A stretch of DNA of 64,000 nucleotides from Monocercomonoides exilis PA203 (Eukaryota > Protista > Preaxostyla): contig LSRY02000015.1 in the NCBI GenBank assembly GCA_001643675.2, positions 248,001 through 312,000 on the forward strand, given 5' to 3'. The notes under the pieces are model-generated. The model was not told the origin of the DNA. It did not search any database and saw nothing but the letters and a program-made list of their open reading frames with translations. This document shows positions 61,000-64,000 of the stretch, piece by piece. The position numbers were made by a program, and so were the translations under genes. The stretch's first letter is position 1, and each line of letters begins with the position of its first letter.

Positions 61000-63900
61000 C
61001 CTTTTTTGGGAGAAAAGAAGTTGGGCTATTCTTCTTGGACATTAAGTACTGACTCCAATCATTGCATCCTATTATGTGACTGCTTCTTCTTGATTCATTT
61101 CCCAAGAGTATCCCAATTATCATGGTTATCTTCAACTGGTTCTTCAACCTTGTTGGGGAATACTGTTTCTTTTTCGGAAGCCTTGGGCAAATTCAAAGAC
61201 ATGATTTGAGCTGGCCGATCAAATTCATTTGTGTCCTGTTAGCAAAACTGACTTTGGGACTTCCTTTTTTCTAACGTTGACAATAAAGTGTCTGTCATTT
61301 TTGAAGCTAAATTTGCTTTGAAGTGTGAACGAGTTGGAGTGTGTGAGGTTGGGGACATACGTGCATTCCTCGCAACCATTGCTTCTGTCACTCTCTTGGT
61401 CAACAGTGCGGAAATTGCTGCATATTTGAGAGCGAAAGGTCGATATTCATTGGGAATCCCAATCTGAGTCATTCTTAGGCGGGCTTTTTTTCGAATTCCT
61501 TCTGTCTAAAGAGGAGTGTGATGCACCATGTTGAGGAAAAATGTGTCTCTATTTTCGCAAGTTATCCTAACTCTGCACCAAAGTGATTTAACGGCTCTTC
61601 CTAGGAAAACCTTTTCGCCCACGCAATCCAAAATTGGAACTGTTTGATATGAGGGTGTTTGTGATGTTTTCAAATATGTGAATAGATGGATGGAGTCCTC
61701 TTGAAGAACTGACTGGTTCATTGATATTTTTTACAACTCGCGGAAGCGGCATGTTGTGAAAATGATTAGCAGAATAATGCATTTGACGGTCAAATCAAAA
61801 AACGATAATTCCTCATTTGGAGGCATTCAACTGTGATAGTCAAATACAATTGAAGGAGACCACATAGATGTAGAAGGGTTCCTTGGGGTGTGCGATTGAT
61901 GAAACGAGCGGAATAATGTCTCTTTCGAAGGGACTTGTCCAAGGTTTTCTTTCTTTATGATTTTGGTCAATTGTAAGACAGCGGATCTTGTGGAACAGAG
62001 CATGTGAATGGCAAACCTTTGTCTCTCAACTTTACGAAAATGTTAGCACAAATCTGTTTCCAATCGCTGAATTCCTTCGAAAAGTCTCCAAATCCCTCTT
62101 CCTCCAACTCCTGTGAAAAATGCGCATACCAGAAGGTTTGTGAAGACCAGGTTGTGGAAGTTACACAGTTACCAGACTCGAAGATAATGAGATCGGAAAC
62201 ATTGAACATTTTCAGTCCTCTCGTCCACAATTCCTCCCCGATATCCATAACAAATGTCGTCTCCCCGCAATGGAACCTCCTGGAAGGAGAGATGCTCTTG
62301 TTCTCTTTAAGCTTTATCCTGCTTGAAGAACGATTTGTGAATTCTTCCAATATGCAAAGCGTTTCATCATTCTTTTCAACAGAGGTGTCCAGATTTGATC
62401 TCTCCAGGCAGGAATTAGAATAACTGCTCTTGCTCTCTTTCTCCAAATCTTCCTCAGACTCGGAAGAATAAGCGGAATGGGAAGATGAACAAAAGTCACT
62501 TCGTATTTCCATCTTTCCACCAATACTTCCTTTGAGAAGGGACTTCCTGGTCCAAACCATATTTTTGCTTTGTTGTTTCCTTGACTTTCGAATTCATCCT
62601 GCTCTATTTCGACATTCAACTGCTTCTGAAGCTCCTCCATTCCCTTCCGTGTGATCTGGTAATCTCCTGATCTTTCTTGTCTTGAAAAGAAATCTGCTGC
62701 ACTGTTCAAAACGCCTGGAAGATGAATCGCTTTCACATTGATCCCCTTCTGGAGAATTGCTTGTCTGATCTTTCTTATGATGCAGATTAAGTTTCTTCTT
62801 GCAGCCCAGCGGTTTATGTTGAAGACAATGCTTGAGTTGTCCGATCAAAGAAGCAAATTCTTCATCTTGAATTTCTTGATATAGGCTCGAAATGGTTGAG
62901 ACAAATGAGAACTGTCAGTGTTTCCTTGAAATATGAACTTTTGGAAATGAATCTTCGATTGAGAGGCTGATGATAATGGAAACATGTTCAGTTGACTTCA
63001 AAGATGGCTCCACAGGCACGAGGAGCTGCATCTGTTGTTAATATCGCATCTGGAACTGAGTAAATTTCCAAATCTCTTTTTTCTTCCTTCTTCAAGCATG
63101 ATTCACAGTATGAGATTTGCTTGAAAACTCTTTAATTCATTGCGAATTCTCTATCCCATCCATTTTTTCGAACAGTCCTGTTGAGCAGAGCGTATAATCT
63201 GCTCATTTGAAGCCCTTCTTCTTTGCACACAAATCGCACTGCACTTATTGAACTGATGAATGAGGCATAGTCTCTTGTTTTCACTTTCGCTCCAATTTTT
63301 GCCTTTGTCATCCACCGCTTGCACTCCTTGTTCAATGCCTTCCTTCTGTTCCTTTCTAATGCCACTGTCATCTTTGTTGTTCTCCAAGTCCAACCCAAGA
63401 AGTTGAAGACTTGTCTCGGAGTTACACTGCTTTTTTCCCCACTGATAATAAGACCAAGCTCTGGAAAACCATTTTATCACTTTGTTTGTCACTTCTGCTA
63501 GACAAATAGGATCTTGATGTATAAGGATAACATCGTCCAAGAACGCCATGCAATTTTCATCCCATTGATTTCTGACACCTTGCAATTCCTTTCTCATCAG
63601 TCGTGTGAAGATTCGTGGAGCATTCTTGTTTCCTAAGGGAATTCCCGAAAAGCGAATGTTTCTTTGTGAAAGGAGAATGTGAGAAAAGGAACCAACAAAT
63701 CGTGAACTGAGACGAGGAAAAATTCTTTGGATAAATCCAACGTGGTGGAGAAATCGTTATTCTTGAGTAGTCTTTCGACTGTTCGGTGATCTTCCATTTT
63801 GAAATGGATGTTCTTCACAGCGGCATATAATGGATAGCAATCTAGTATTTGTCGGTATCTTCCATCTTTCTTTGGTTAGAAAAATATATTGCTCAGGCAA

Positions 63901-64000
63901 CGAACCTTCTTTCTGTCTATTTTTGATATGACGCCTATTGCTAAAGCTTCTTTTATCCAAGCGGAACAGGATAACTCCTCCTTCAAAACTCAAAAAAAGC
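61000..64000 (-). mobile_element. Degenerate DIRS-type retrotransposon (RT, RNase H, methyltransferase-like domain, YR), running off the window end
   Basis: RT: HFKMED, LDLSKEF, APRIFT, FLDD. RNase H: TTDAA, HLPGVLNSAADFFSR. MT-like: HLPIPLI..ILIPAWRDQIW. YR: TTCRFREL, PFALK, SHFKANLAS. Many stops and frameshifts; 3' end approximate. Confidence 0.88.

Overview
AT-rich eukaryotic DNA with short GT-AG introns and the standard genetic code. The gene families and style suggest an oxymonad such as Monocercomonoides; this is inference only. The central block (22-42 kb) holds housekeeping genes: SOSS-B/NABP-like OB-fold protein, PIG-H, ARM-repeat protein, coiled-coil protein, RPS8, PHS1/HACD, TMEM181-like protein, M49 dipeptidyl peptidase III and RRS1. 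It is bracketed by two direct copies of a ~15-16 kb segment (about 2.05-18.15 kb and 44.3-59.35 kb). Each copy carries an unidentified decayed coding-like region and a ~2,590-aa receptor-like gene (signal peptide, beta-helix ectodomain, one TM helix, pseudokinase). Each copy acts as the empty-site control for the other, which exposes three insertions. The main one is a 3.7-kb element (6707-10406) with perfect 16-bp TIRs, a 3-bp ATT target duplication and no transposase, carrying an intron-containing fragment of a related surface-protein gene (a Pack-type gene-capturing transposon). The other two are a 609-bp CACC..GGTG MITE and a decayed 2-kb pogo-like DDE transposon. Decayed DIRS-type tyrosine-recombinase retrotransposons occupy both window ends.
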